Shown here: positions 1 to 11,524 of the stretch, in pieces
Numbering within the stretch: position 1 is the first letter of the stretch
Layout: each line of letters begins with the position of its first letter
Source: Azolla caroliniana
Lineage: Eukaryota; Plantae; Polypodiophyta
Assembly: GCA_043228905.1 (NCBI GenBank)
Contig: JBHGNT010000005.1
Coordinates: forward strand, 7,874,001 to 7,938,000
DNA length: 64,000 bases
Direction: 5' to 3'
Made by a program: the position numbers and the translations under genes
The notes under the pieces: generated by a model
Seen by the model: only the letters and a program-made list of their open reading frames with translations
Told to the model about the DNA's origin: nothing
The model's database searches: none

Positions 1-2
1 GG

Positions 3-1571
3 ATCGATTGCGGCCCACTCGGGGAAGGATCGTTCGCTCGTGTCTCATTGGCTCTGGAGCCCCGAAGCGGCCAATTGTTCGCCGCCAAGTGGACGCCTCG
101 ATGCTCCTCGGGGGCCCGCGGCCACCCATCTGCCGAGCTTCTCTCGCTGATGAACGAGGCGGAGATCCTCGGGTCTCTCTCGAAGACGAACGATCCCCAT
201 TCTCCCTTCATCATTCCCCTCTTACGGGCTCCGGAACATTCTACGGCCGCACGATGCCAACAACATTCTTCTTCTTCTTCTTCTTCGATCGAAGAAGCGA
301 CCGGCCATGGCTCGGAATTCACCCTCTTCCTTCAATTCATGGATTTGGGCTCCCTCCATGACCTTATCCGAAGGGAGGGCGGGAAGCTTCCGGAAGCTCG
401 GGCGGCATCGATCGCGGGCCCGATCCTTAAGGGTTTGGAGTACCTCCACGCGAACCGGGTCGTGCATTGCGACATCAAGTCCCGCAACATTTTGCTCAAC
501 TCCAATGGGGAGGTCAAAATCGCCGACTTCGGGGCATCACGAAGATTAGGGTTAGCCGACAATATCTCGCCGGACCCCAATTCTTGCCCTACCTTCCGAG
601 GTACCCCTCTATGGATGGCACCCGAGGTTCTCCTCGGAATCCAGCAAGGACCCCCTTCTGATATCTGGTCTTTTGGATGTACCCTGGTAGAAATGCTTCA
701 AGGTAGGCCTCCCTATGGCCATATCTCTAGTTTTGGAGCTGCCCTATTCAAAATTGCTTCTTCTTCTTCTTCTTCTTCATCAGAATCCTCTTCTTCCATC
801 TTTCCTCCATTGCCGCCCACTATCTCAGCTTGCGCCCGCGATTTCTTGCTTCGATGTCTTCATCCCGACCCCTCATTGCGGTGGACGGCATCCCAACTTC
901 TTAACCACCCATTCATTTGCAATCATATTGTAACCACCATCCGGGACCGAAAGATGGGCACCGACAGTGCAGATCGAACATCCGATTCTTGTTCCGAATC
1001 CTCGCCCTCGGAGCGCAACCAATCCTCACCGAGAAGCACTCTGCGCTTCGATGACTGCTTGAAATCGTTATCATCATCAGAATCATTAACCATGTTATCG
1101 ATGTCATCGTCTTCGATGGTATCAGAAATGGCTCTATCCTCAGCGAGGTTATCAGTTGACGAATCGGCGGCCGCAAGCATACTTGAACAAGCAGAGAATC
1201 ATGGTGATGATGATGATGATGATGAGGTGCAGAGCATGGATTGTAATGGGGATCAATCATTAAAGAGCTCCAATGGCATGGATTTTAATGGGGATCAATC
1301 ATTAAAGAACTCAAATGGCATGGATTTTAATGGGGATCAATCATTAAAGAGCTCAAATGGCATGGATTTTAAGGGGGATCAATCATTAAACAGCTCAAAT
1401 GGTTGGATTACTGTGAAGACCTCAAAAGGGTGGAGTCAAGAGAGGGCTGTAGAGCCATTCATGGGGACATATGGATCCGAATATTCTCCCCTCAAGATTC
1501 CCTTAAAGAGAGGATCAGAAGTGAGCTTAGAGTCTGCAGCATTCCTTCAGAGCAGTAATAGAAGAAGATGA
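3..1571 (+). CDS. MAP kinase kinase kinase (MEKK-like, intronless plant MAP3K type); 5' end lies before the window
   Basis: Frame is open from base 3 (IDCGPLGEGSFARV = Gly-rich loop), so the TTG at 48 is not the start. Motifs AAK, HCDIKSRN, DFG, GTPLWMAPE, DIWSFGCT and RWTASQLLNHPF are present, followed by a Ser-rich low-complexity C-terminus. Confidence 0.93.
   Translation: MDCGPLGEGSFARVSLALEPRSGQLFAAKWTPRCSSGARGHPSAELLSLMNEAEILGSLSKTNDPHSPFIIPLLRAPEHSTAARCQQHSSSSSSSIEEATGHGSEFTLFLQFMDLGSLHDLIRREGGKLPEARAASIAGPILKGLEYLHANRVVHCDIKSRNILLNSNGEVKIADFGASRRLGLADNISPDPNSCPTFRGTPLWMAPEVLLGIQQGPPSDIWSFGCTLVEMLQGRPPYGHISSFGAALFKIASSSSSSSSESSSSIFPPLPPTISACARDFLLRCLHPDPSLRWTASQLLNHPFICNHIVTTIRDRKMGTDSADRTSDSCSESSPSERNQSSPRSTLRFDDCLKSLSSSESLTMLSMSSSSMVSEMALSSARLSVDESAAASILEQAENHGDDDDDDEVQSMDCNGDQSLKSSNGMDFNGDQSLKNSNGMDFNGDQSLKSSNGMDFKGDQSLNSSNGWITVKTSKGWSQERAVEPFMGTYGSEYSPLKIPLKRGSEVSLESAAFLQSSNRRR
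1236..1403 (+). repeat. 42-bp coding tandem repeat x4 (MDxNGDQSLKSSNG) in the MAP3K tail
   Basis: Four near-identical units of atggatt(g/t)taa(t/g)ggggatcaatcattaaa...aatgg are visible in DNA and protein. Confidence 0.95.
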
Positions 1572-2287
1572 GGACCCAAAAGTGAGTTAGATTCATTGGG
1601 ATGCATTGTGATGGTGGATTCATCCAGCATTCTCTTAACTATTTTCCCCCTCCTCTTAACTTCTTTTTGACATGAAAATCATTACCCCCCACCCCTGTTT
1701 CTCTGTCTCTGCCTCTCTGATGGCCTTTTGCCATGTACATAAAATCAAGATCATATACACTGTATATACACACAAAGCAATCCCAATACATTTTGGCTTG
1801 CAATTGGATCCATTTCTCCATTCTGGTGCTTGGAACATATTTATGATCTCCAATTCCTTTTATGGCTGTACATTTCAAATTGTTTTTTTACGCTCTCGGG
1901 GGGTTCTCATTCGTTCGTTCGATCGAATAACTTACGATTTGCATTGCACTATCTTATATAACTATTAACAACTTCAAGAGACATTCGCAATCTCATTGGG
2001 TTTCTTCGGAAACTGAGAGTCCAGGGGGTGAGCCAAGATAGATAAGTATGTTGTCATCTTTTTAACGCACATGGGAGTCCCAATCCGATCGAATATTGGA
2101 GACACTTGAGTTAGAGGTTTGTCATAGAAAAGTCTTGTAACTTGAATTAGCCACACAAGGAGAGGGCTTGTAATGTAGCCATGAGCACATTGTAGGGGTG
2201 TGGTTTCTTTGGAAATGGAAAGAGAAGAGAGAAAAGGGAGAGAAAGAGAGAGGTTTGTCATAGAATAGTTTTATATCTTGAATAAGC

Positions 2288-2557
2288 CTCGAGAGAGAAC
2301 ATATAATGTTGTCACAAGCATTTAAGGGTGTGATTTCTTTGGACGTGGAAATGCAGAGGGACAGAGATGTTTGTCAAGGTTTGCCCTTGGAATATTCATC
2401 TGTTGGAACGAATACACTAACTTACTCGAGAGAGAACATATAATGTTGTCACAAGCATTTAAGGGTGTGATTTCTTTGGACGTGGAAATGTAGAGGGACA
2501 AAGATGTTTGTCAAGGTTTGCCCTTGGAATATTCATCTGTTGGAACGAATACACTAC
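2288..2557. repeat. Direct tandem duplication, 137-bp period, 2 near-identical copies
   Basis: ctcgagagagaacatataatgttgtcacaagc...ggaacgaatacacta starts at 2288 and 2425. Confidence 0.9.
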
Positions 2558-2790
2558 CTTTTATAGTGAAAATATCAAAAATACCCTTCATTTTGGTTGA
2601 TACACACAAAAAGTCCCCTACCCAATTCCAAAAATATTGACGTTTCCCTATCCGAAAATATCAAGGTTTCTAAAAATTTGCAAATACCCCTCATCACTAA
2701 GACCGTATAATTCAAATGATCGTCATTTTGAGTTTTCTTTCTAGGTAAAAAGAAAGTGAGAGAGAGGGAGGTTTGTACTTAGAATAATCC

Positions 2791-3193
2791 TGGTACAAAT
2801 CAACATGAGCTTTCTCATGCAATTTTGATAAATATCCTTCATTTCGGAAGGCACATATAAAAAGTACCATTGTAGATGACTTGCAAGGTGTCACTCTTAG
2901 GAAATATGGAGGCTTAGGAAATTTTGAAAATACTCTTGATTGGGTGATATATAAAAAATATCCTTTTGGCCATAGGCTAAATTAGATAATAATCATTGTT
3001 GGTACAAATCAACACGAGCTTTCTCATGAAATTTTGATAAATATCCTTCATTTTCGAAGGCACATATAAAAAGTACCCTCGTAGATTACTTGCAAGGTGT
3101 CACTCTTAGGAATATAGAGGTTTAGGAAAATTTGAAAATACCCTTCATTGGGTGATATAAGAAAAGTATCCTTCTAGCTATAGGCTAAATTAG
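2791..3193. repeat. Direct tandem duplication, ~209-bp period, 2 copies
   Basis: ggtacaaatcaaca...ataggctaaattag starts at 2792 and 3001. Confidence 0.88.
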
Positions 3194-6100
3194 TCCCATT
3201 TTATTTACAACTTCCAAACCCCAATCATAATTAACTTATTTGAAGATGATTATGTATATCCTTCACCAAGTGGCTTCACATTTTTGAAACATAGAAGAGT
3301 GTTTTCATATCCACCCCAATAGCAAGAGTATCTTGAAAACTTGAAGTTCATGCTTTACAACTTGCCACACATAAATCATTGATGAGCAATCATTCACATA
3401 AACATGCCATCAACACTTAGTGAAAGTTTGCAAGGTGTATAGGCATATTCACATTGATATACATATTGGTTGTTACTACATATTAAAATATCTTGTCCGG
3501 AAGAAACTCGCAAAAAATGGGATAATGTAGCTCCCATCTACCCTATTCCTAGCTGAACTATTGATATAATTATCTAGATTTGACATTTGTGGTATAATTT
3601 GCTCAATGGCCACAACGTAGAAGACTCACAATGGCTTTCTCTTGGATTCACTTTTTGGTGTTGTTCATCGTGTTCTCCGATTGAAAGATTTGTTATTACA
3701 GTTGTTTTCCTCTCTACAAAGAGCCTTGCCTTTGGTCATGAAAAGAAGGATGTGCACTTTATTGCTATGTTGTGAGACAAGATTGTGATCATGGTACCTT
3801 TTTGTAAAGATAGTGAAAATTTCAAAAATACCCTTCATTTATTGTAATTTCTATTAACCATGGAAAGATTGATTATTCGATAGCAAAAAAATCAATCCTC
3901 ACGATGATACCAATATTGTCTATCTTGTGATGATTAAAGACAAAGTGCGGATACTAATGGTGGTATCGTATTCAAGTGCATGGCACATCATCCAAGGTAT
4001 AAGATGATGCCTCAATTGTTTGTTTTATGCAAAAAATGTCTCCCCTATAATGTGGCCTTCTTATTAAAAAAACGCATTAAAAATGATTGATATTTTTTAT
4101 ATATCAAAGGAGCCAATCACAACAATATTAGATTCTATACCACATAAGAGAGGGTGTTGAAACGTTATAGAGCCTAACAATGCATATAGGAAAATGGAAT
4201 GCCCATCTTTTAGATTGTTGGATTCATGGACAATAAAAGAGCCTTCTTTTTCTGATTTATCAAGTGTAATGCATTTCTTTGAGAAAACATTTTTTGCAAC
4301 TTGTTGATATTTTCTATCCATGCTACAAAAGTAGATGTTTGGGATGAAAATTGTCGGTTGGATGCTATGGTATGGTATGAAAGAGCATGAAGTAGGGTTA
4401 TAATGACAATATTTTTAGGCCTAACAACACATGTAGAAAATGGAGCATCAAGCAAAAGCCCAAATGCTACAAATGTACATCAAACATGTCCTATTATATG
4501 GTCTCACATGTAGTGTTGATATCTTAGCATTTTTTGTGTTAAAATTATAAAATCTATTGAATATGGTATGTAAAGAAGGATCATATTATAGTGACCCTAG
4601 TATTTCGATGGTGTTAAGAGTCACCATTGATAACCTTAAAAGTCTTACAATTACCACTAGGCTTCATTGAACATTTGCATGGAATTAGAACACATCCGGT
4701 CAAAAATGAAAGGAGACATATATCTTTCACAAAACTTTGATCCACCAAGCATGCACATTTTATAAATCTAACAACGAGATCCAAGCTATCTAATGCATGG
4801 ATCTCGTTGCTAACGCACCAATAAATGAATACCTTCAATAAAAAAACAATGAACGCAAACCCCTTGATAAGACCCCATCAGAGGCAAGAGTTCGGTACAA
4901 CTTGGTAAATGAAGTTGTGGCATTGCGTGTTATTAGCCACAATCGAACCCTTTTGATAGATAAACATGAACCTTGTCAAATAGTGTTTTTCCAAACTCTT
5001 AATACAACTTTCTTATTAGTGTATTTCTAAACTCTAACATATATCTCAGTAATATTGGATTTCCAAAGTTTAACATGAACCACGATGTGCACACTTTCAA
5101 CTTTGTTTTTTTCAAATAAAATTAGGCAATGTCATTTAGATGACAAACATGTAAGGGGACTCAAGACTTTGGTGGCTTACTTGAATTTTACTCGAACATT
5201 TGCATACATTATTAGACAAATTGGAAATTGGAATGTGTGATGTGTGATGGAACCATGTATGCAAAATTGATGGTGTAAAGATTTGGAAAACGAAGCCTTA
5301 AGCATGTGTTGTAAAAGTTTTCATTTATGACATCAAACGTTACATAGCGCGAGCATTTGTCACATAAAGACGTACACGTTTTGGTACATAATGGCGAATA
5401 TACATTGATCAAGGAGAAGCTTCCACTCAATAAATCATATATGATGTGATTACAATTGATAGTCTCTACTTTACTTTTTCTTTGACCTTACTAATAACTT
5501 TCTTGTCATACATGCATATATGTATGTATATATATACATATAATTCTCACGTTTCTTTTGCAAAACATGTATATTATGATACAATGAAATCTCGTGAGTC
5601 ACATCGAAATTCATGGCCAATGTCCATCCATTCGATGTCATAATTACACCTTGATAGAGTAAATGTAAGGTCAAGAATGCTCAGCAAATATGGTCATGTT
5701 AGCTTAGGTGCACATACAATTGAACCCTCATGTATTGTAACTATAATGACTTATTTTAATCTCATTTATTTGGGTTCAAGGGATTGTAAAAAGGCCATAC
5801 ATAAATGGGAAAATACTCTTTACATTTAAAGACAATTATCAAAGCATCATTTTGTTTCTAGTTCCATGGGTTTAGTCCCTAGTGTGTAAAATACATCTTT
5901 GTAAAAGTAGTCGTTAATTGTTGAATAACAAATGGTAGTATATGAAGCCACAATAAAGTTATGTGGGCATTGCTTCAATCATTAAAGTATAGTTATTTGA
6001 ATCATGTGTGATCGATGACTTTCTCAATAAAAAAATTGGTTGAGTCAAATTGGTTGCATAGAAAATGTAAATCCTCACTAAAAAAAGATTGACTAATTAG

Positions 6101-6508
6101 AATGAGGAATGGAACTTACAACCCACCAAACCAATGTTTTGACTGGTTGCAAATTAAAACGGGCCGCATGATTCACCTAGTGAAGGTTGACTCATTGCAC
6201 GATGGAAAGCCAAGTTCAATTAATGTCTATTTGCTAAGGGAGTGTCAATGACTTCAGTGGCACATTATTAACCTCGAGAACAATATTAAATAATGAGGTA
6301 ATGCTATAATCTATACGTAAATCAAAATACTATGTTAATGGTTCTATTTTGACTTTGCACTTTTCATGTATGCAATGTTTTTTTTGACCTAGATCTCACA
6401 TTCCATTACGTGCATAATACTTTTAGAATGCATTTTGCATCTAATAATGCAATATGCTACATTCCATGATTATGATGTTCTTAAGATTCTATAGAAGGTG
6501 GGCCTATT

Positions 6509-6702
6509 GTTAGGAGTCTCTTTATAAGTATGATGGCAAGCCGCATATTCCTACGGGTCTTTTCATAAGTATGATGGCATGCCACATTTTGTTAGGGGTT
6601 TCTTCGCAAGTATGATGGCATGCCACATGTTCTTAGGGGTCTCTTCATAAGTAAGATGGTGTGCCAAAGGTTCTTAGGGGTCTCTTCATAAGTATGACGA
6701 TG
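6509..6702. repeat. 41-bp minisatellite, ~5 degenerate copies (a further partial copy near 6825-6850)
   Basis: Recurrent ttaggggtctcttcataagtatgatggcatgccaca core at 41-bp spacing. Confidence 0.85.
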
Positions 6703-7599
6703 TTAAGTGCACAAATTGTTTTTGTATGCATTTGCATGTAATAATGCACTATGACACATTTCTTCATTTTATTGTCCATTAGGTCGTAAGATTCTTATGA
6801 TAACTAGGGTTGGGTTAATTTATTGGGGTATTTTCGTAAGTATGACGATGAGCCACCTTGACATGGTCTTACGGTTAACATCTTACTAGACTCCACAATT
6901 AAACTATATTATGAATTAAAGTAGAAAATTATATCTCCAAGTGTTGATCACTCCATCGATCATTGTTCACGATATATAGAGAGAAACTCTACATTGACAA
7001 CACTAACATAAGTTGATACATATGTCAACCACCCATACAGGATATTTGTGCCCAATCAGGAGGTAGTTATGCATCATTCACGTAATTGAAACTTGAATAT
7101 TTGTCATTTAGATTTTAATTTTGAATCTCAATAGGGACATTTTGAGGTATTTTTTGACCAATATGTCTTAGTTATTGATTTGCTAACAAATGTTGACTTG
7201 TATAGATGATGCCAAGAGTGCATGTTCATGAACATGCATAGTGAAGGTTTTAATATCTAGGATGATACATGTCCATAAAAAAACAAAGCAACAATAGAGT
7301 CTCCTTATTTTGGGTGGGTGGGTGGGTGGGGGCTTTTCACAATAATGTTGTGTTTTAGGAACAAGGAAGTTGGATATTCTTTTCCGGTGCTAGATAGCAA
7401 GAGCATGATAACGACATCAAGAGATGCAAAGAATTGAATTATATTATTGACCTTCAATTTTAAATATATATGATGAAGAGGGAATGGTCTTTATTGACTA
7501 TGCTATTATGGAGGTTAGAATGATAAGGGAATGGCCCTAAAGACATGAAAAATAAGTCCAAGTCTTGCTTATTTAAGTATGTGACTATCTGCTTTTAGG

Positions 7600-8400
7600 T
7601 AGCAATAGTCTTATTGTAAGGTGGATGGTGTATTTTTCATTGGAAATATGAGGTTCTCTTTGATGTGTGTGGACCACCATAGGTGAGTGTAAAAACGATT
7701 GGATAGTCTATGTCATAGAAACAATTGCCTCACCTATAATGTTTGTGTGTGAACGTGTACGCTCAATTCCATGTTTCAATTTTTGAGTGAGTACTAAGTT
7801 CTACTGGATTTACATTATTGAGAGGAATTCAATGAAGTGCCTCCTATATGAATGTTGGCAACTATCAACGGCAGTATATTGTGTTGGTAGGATAAAGTTT
7901 TGTTGTATTTGCGCAATATGTCATTTTATTTTCATAGTAGTGTAGACCGGTTGAAATGATACGCTAACTTAAAAGTCTATACATCATTTGCTTGTATTTG
8001 CATATTCTTCCTATGACATTGTAGATAATGTGTCAATCGCATAATATAGAGACTTCTTAGCCTCAAAAGACATTTTGGGACAAGGAGTTACACACCAATG
8101 ACTTGAATGTCCAAAATATGATTGTAAATTGATGCATATTACACTTTGGGACTTGAGATTTCTATGTAGGTCATAGTTGTGAGACAGTTGGCATCATTGT
8201 AATTTGTATCTAAACCTAAAGACATGCAACTATTTATTATGGATCTTTGACTTAATACTTACAAGTTACCAACACAAAAGACTAAAAACCACTTTGAAAT
8301 GGAAAATAAGGGTTCTTCATTGGGACTAAAACCATATATATTAATGGTTGCACTTGCAACGCAATAAGTTATTCCATTAACACATTGTGCTCCACAAGGA
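7600..8400 (+). mobile_element. Possible highly decayed hAT (DUF659-type) transposase remnant
   Basis: Only scattered frameshifted peptides reminiscent of hAT motifs (…IGECKN, IVDNVS) were seen by eye; there is no ORF. Confidence 0.25.
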
Positions 8401-9167
8401 CAATGCCATTTGTCATGTAACTTGGAATATAATGTAGTTCAATTAGTATCAATGTTGACCGTTATATTTTCAGATTATTTGCATTTTATTTGTTGCTCTA
8501 CTCTAGTTCCAATTATGACTTCTTTATTATAAAGTAAATGGTAGAGATCGTAATCGCACACACAAGCATAAGTTTTTGTAGCATTTGTAAGTGTTCTCAT
8601 GATGGAAATATGGTTAAGTGCCTTATACCTTGGGATGGAAGTGGCCAAAATGATTGCCCTACATATTGTCCTATGTCCCCCAATTACCACAATAACATCC
8701 TTCCACAATTGGAAACAAACATCACAATTTATGCCTAGTATTCCTATGGGCTTGCAAAGAGAACAAGATGGAACAATGAAAAGAAAGTTAGGTTGACTAG
8801 TAGCAATGCAAGCTTGAAACCAATTGTGAAGACAAAGACAAGATGTGTGTGTGTGTGTGTGTGTGTGTACACAAGCATGCTGGGAGAGTTGAAACAACAA
8901 CTTTAGTCATGATAAAAGAATGCTCTAATATTTATAGCCAAGAACTCTTAAGGCTCCCCCTTGCATAACAACTAACAAACACTCCCAAAGGAAACCCTAA
9001 TTCAAGTGCAAATAAAGAAGCACATGCAAAGATCACTCCCAACACAAAACACGCAAAAAAGATAAATAGGTTTGATGATCATTCTTGGTGTGATTATGAG
9101 AAATGGCACAATGAAAAAAAAGACACGATGAACTTTTGGCAACAATTCCTATCACTATCATGAATAC

Positions 9168-10148
9168 ATGATGTTGTCTTATACTTCTGACAATGACAAT
9201 AATATTGCCAATGAGTACGATGACGAGACACCTTGCCATCACCAAAGCCCACGATCTCGAAGAACATCTTCATCGATTGCATTATCATCACCGTCAACAT
9301 CATCAACAACAACATCAATATCAACATCAAAGCCTCGGTACATTCTTTGCAACACGTTGTACCGAGTGCTAACTTCCCTCACCATAGCCATGGCCACAAT
9401 GCTCTTATTCCTTGGGTTGACCATCCTCTTACTCGACCTCATCTTAGATCCACAAGCACCAGAATTCTCTATAAGGAATGCCAAATTCAACATTACAAGG
9501 CATAATCTAGAGCTAGTGCAAAGGATAGGCAATGGTGAGGAGGATGACAACGATGAGGTAACAAACACTAATTATAATATTGTGAATGCTGATGTGACCT
9601 TTACCATAGCAGCACAAAACCCTAATAAGAGGATAGATATAATGTATGAGGACACACAAGTGGAGTTGCTTTATGGATTAGGTCAAGATATAATAGGTGA
9701 GGGTTCAATTCCCGCATTCTACCAAGGTCACCAAAATACAACCCTCCTCAATTTACAAATGAAAGGAGAGAGAATAAAACTCTCCTCTACTAATAAGACT
9801 ATAAGTAGTGTTTGTAGTGGTACTAGTTCTAGTTCGTCTCGTAACAAGATAAGTAATCTTGCTAACGACATTGATAATAGCATTCGACATCATAATAATA
9901 ATAACACGAACACCTTTGGTACTAACCTTCTTTTGAGTGCTCGTGCCATGGCTCGTTTTCGCATAAAAGTGGGATGGTGGAAATCAGGTGCATGCCTTCT
10001 TCAACTCGTATGTGATGCTCACATACCCTCCACCTCTTTTCAAACCTTGAATAATGGCAACAACTCACAACATGCCCATGTGAGGTCTTATGGTTTCCAC
10101 CTCCTTTCTCACAAATGTAGATTCAATCTCAAAAGCCTCAAGTGTTAA
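9168..10148 (+). CDS. NDR1/HIN1-like (LEA_2 domain) membrane protein, intronless
   Basis: One N-terminal hydrophobic helix (VLTSLTIAMATMLLFLGLTILLLDLIL) followed by P..PEFSI, AQNPNKRIDIMYE, IPAFYQGHQNTT, ARFRIKVG and two C-terminal Cys, as in the NHL family. Confidence 0.88.
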   Translation: MMLSYTSDNDNNIANEYDDETPCHHQSPRSRRTSSSIALSSPSTSSTTTSISTSKPRYILCNTLYRVLTSLTIAMATMLLFLGLTILLLDLILDPQAPEFSIRNAKFNITRHNLELVQRIGNGEEDDNDEVTNTNYNIVNADVTFTIAAQNPNKRIDIMYEDTQVELLYGLGQDIIGEGSIPAFYQGHQNTTLLNLQMKGERIKLSSTNKTISSVCSGTSSSSSRNKISNLANDIDNSIRHHNNNNTNTFGTNLLLSARAMARFRIKVGWWKSGACLLQLVCDAHIPSTSFQTLNNGNNSQHAHVRSYGFHLLSHKCRFNLKSLKC

Positions 10149-10379
10149 AGTGGTAAACCTAGGTCTCTTTAAAATTTCCCTTATTTGATATGTAACCCAA
10201 CATACTCCCACATAGCTTATATGTACTTACAATATATTTAACACCTATCTCCTCAATAATGCATTGGTGACATGTGCCATCGCTATTCTTGCCATAATCC
10301 AACAAATGCCTCATTAATTGCTAGTCATGTGGATCCTACCCAACATAGTCTAAGAAACCTTAGTAGTCAAACCTAATTG

Positions 10380-10442
<63 letters not shown>

Positions 10443-11524
10443 ATTCTAGTTATCATAACACATCCTCATCTCAAAACTCAATATCCAAATGTGGAAGTCT
10501 TTGCACTCTACACTGCCATTGAGGTTATAGACTTTTTTTGTACCTCCAAATTGCAATCACTTGAGTCAACATCATCTTATCTCTAAGTTTAGCCCAAAGA
10601 GTTCAATGTGGGAGTTAGGACCATCAACTTTAGTCGATGCAAAGTGCACAAAAACTCTTCTCCAACTGAGACATTAATTTATAGAAAATATTACAGGACC
10701 ACATCCATCCCACTCTAAATGCTTGCCTATAAATGAAGTCTCTGATCTTAAACCTTGGTCCATAACTTCTCCAATCTAGACTACTCAAACTACCCTAGGT
10801 TCTTTGGGTTCATTGATGTGTCACAACAGGTTCTCCATGTCATTTGACATTTCATTACTTGAATGTCAATGAAGAAAGAGCCCCATACACATCCACATGC
10901 TCTCATCAAATCAATGTTGTGTCAATGAGTTCCAAAACCCTCATAACAGAGGTTTGAGAGTCGTGGATTCTCTACTTACTAGTTTGGTTTATTGTAATGT
11001 TGCTATTATAGCATTTTAATATTGCCAAAATACAGCAGTGATGAAACATCTGGTAGAGGCATTCTGCATTTTATTTTTCATGCCCATAATTGTCATGGTT
11101 TATTTTACACATTCATAATAATGGTCTACTATCATGTTCAAGGTTAAGTCTCAAGATGTGCAACCATGAAGATGACAAAATTGATTAACATGCAAGTTGA
11201 ATCATGCTCTGGAATGGCTTAGTTATTTCTATGAGGTCTTGAAGGTCAGTGATGGCTCTAATGAAGAACCCATTATAAACCAAATTCCCTCCGTTTGTTT
11301 TTTATGTGAATATGATAGTTATCAATGAGAAAATTTTACACTTTACACATCAGGATGTCATAAAGCAATGCTTTTCATATGTTGGTCTCAATGTCAATAT
11401 GGTATTTTATATATATATATATATTATAAGTTGGGTCAGTCACCTCATCGGACTTACTGGACGTAACCCAAACACTGAATTTGTCATCAAATGGCAAAAA
11501 TATAGTCCTAATATGATTTCTCTT

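Noticed and set aside
6509-6702. Regularly spaced 41-bp repeats resembling a CRISPR array
   Set aside because: The units are similar along their whole length with no unique spacers, there are no cas genes and the context is eukaryotic: a minisatellite.
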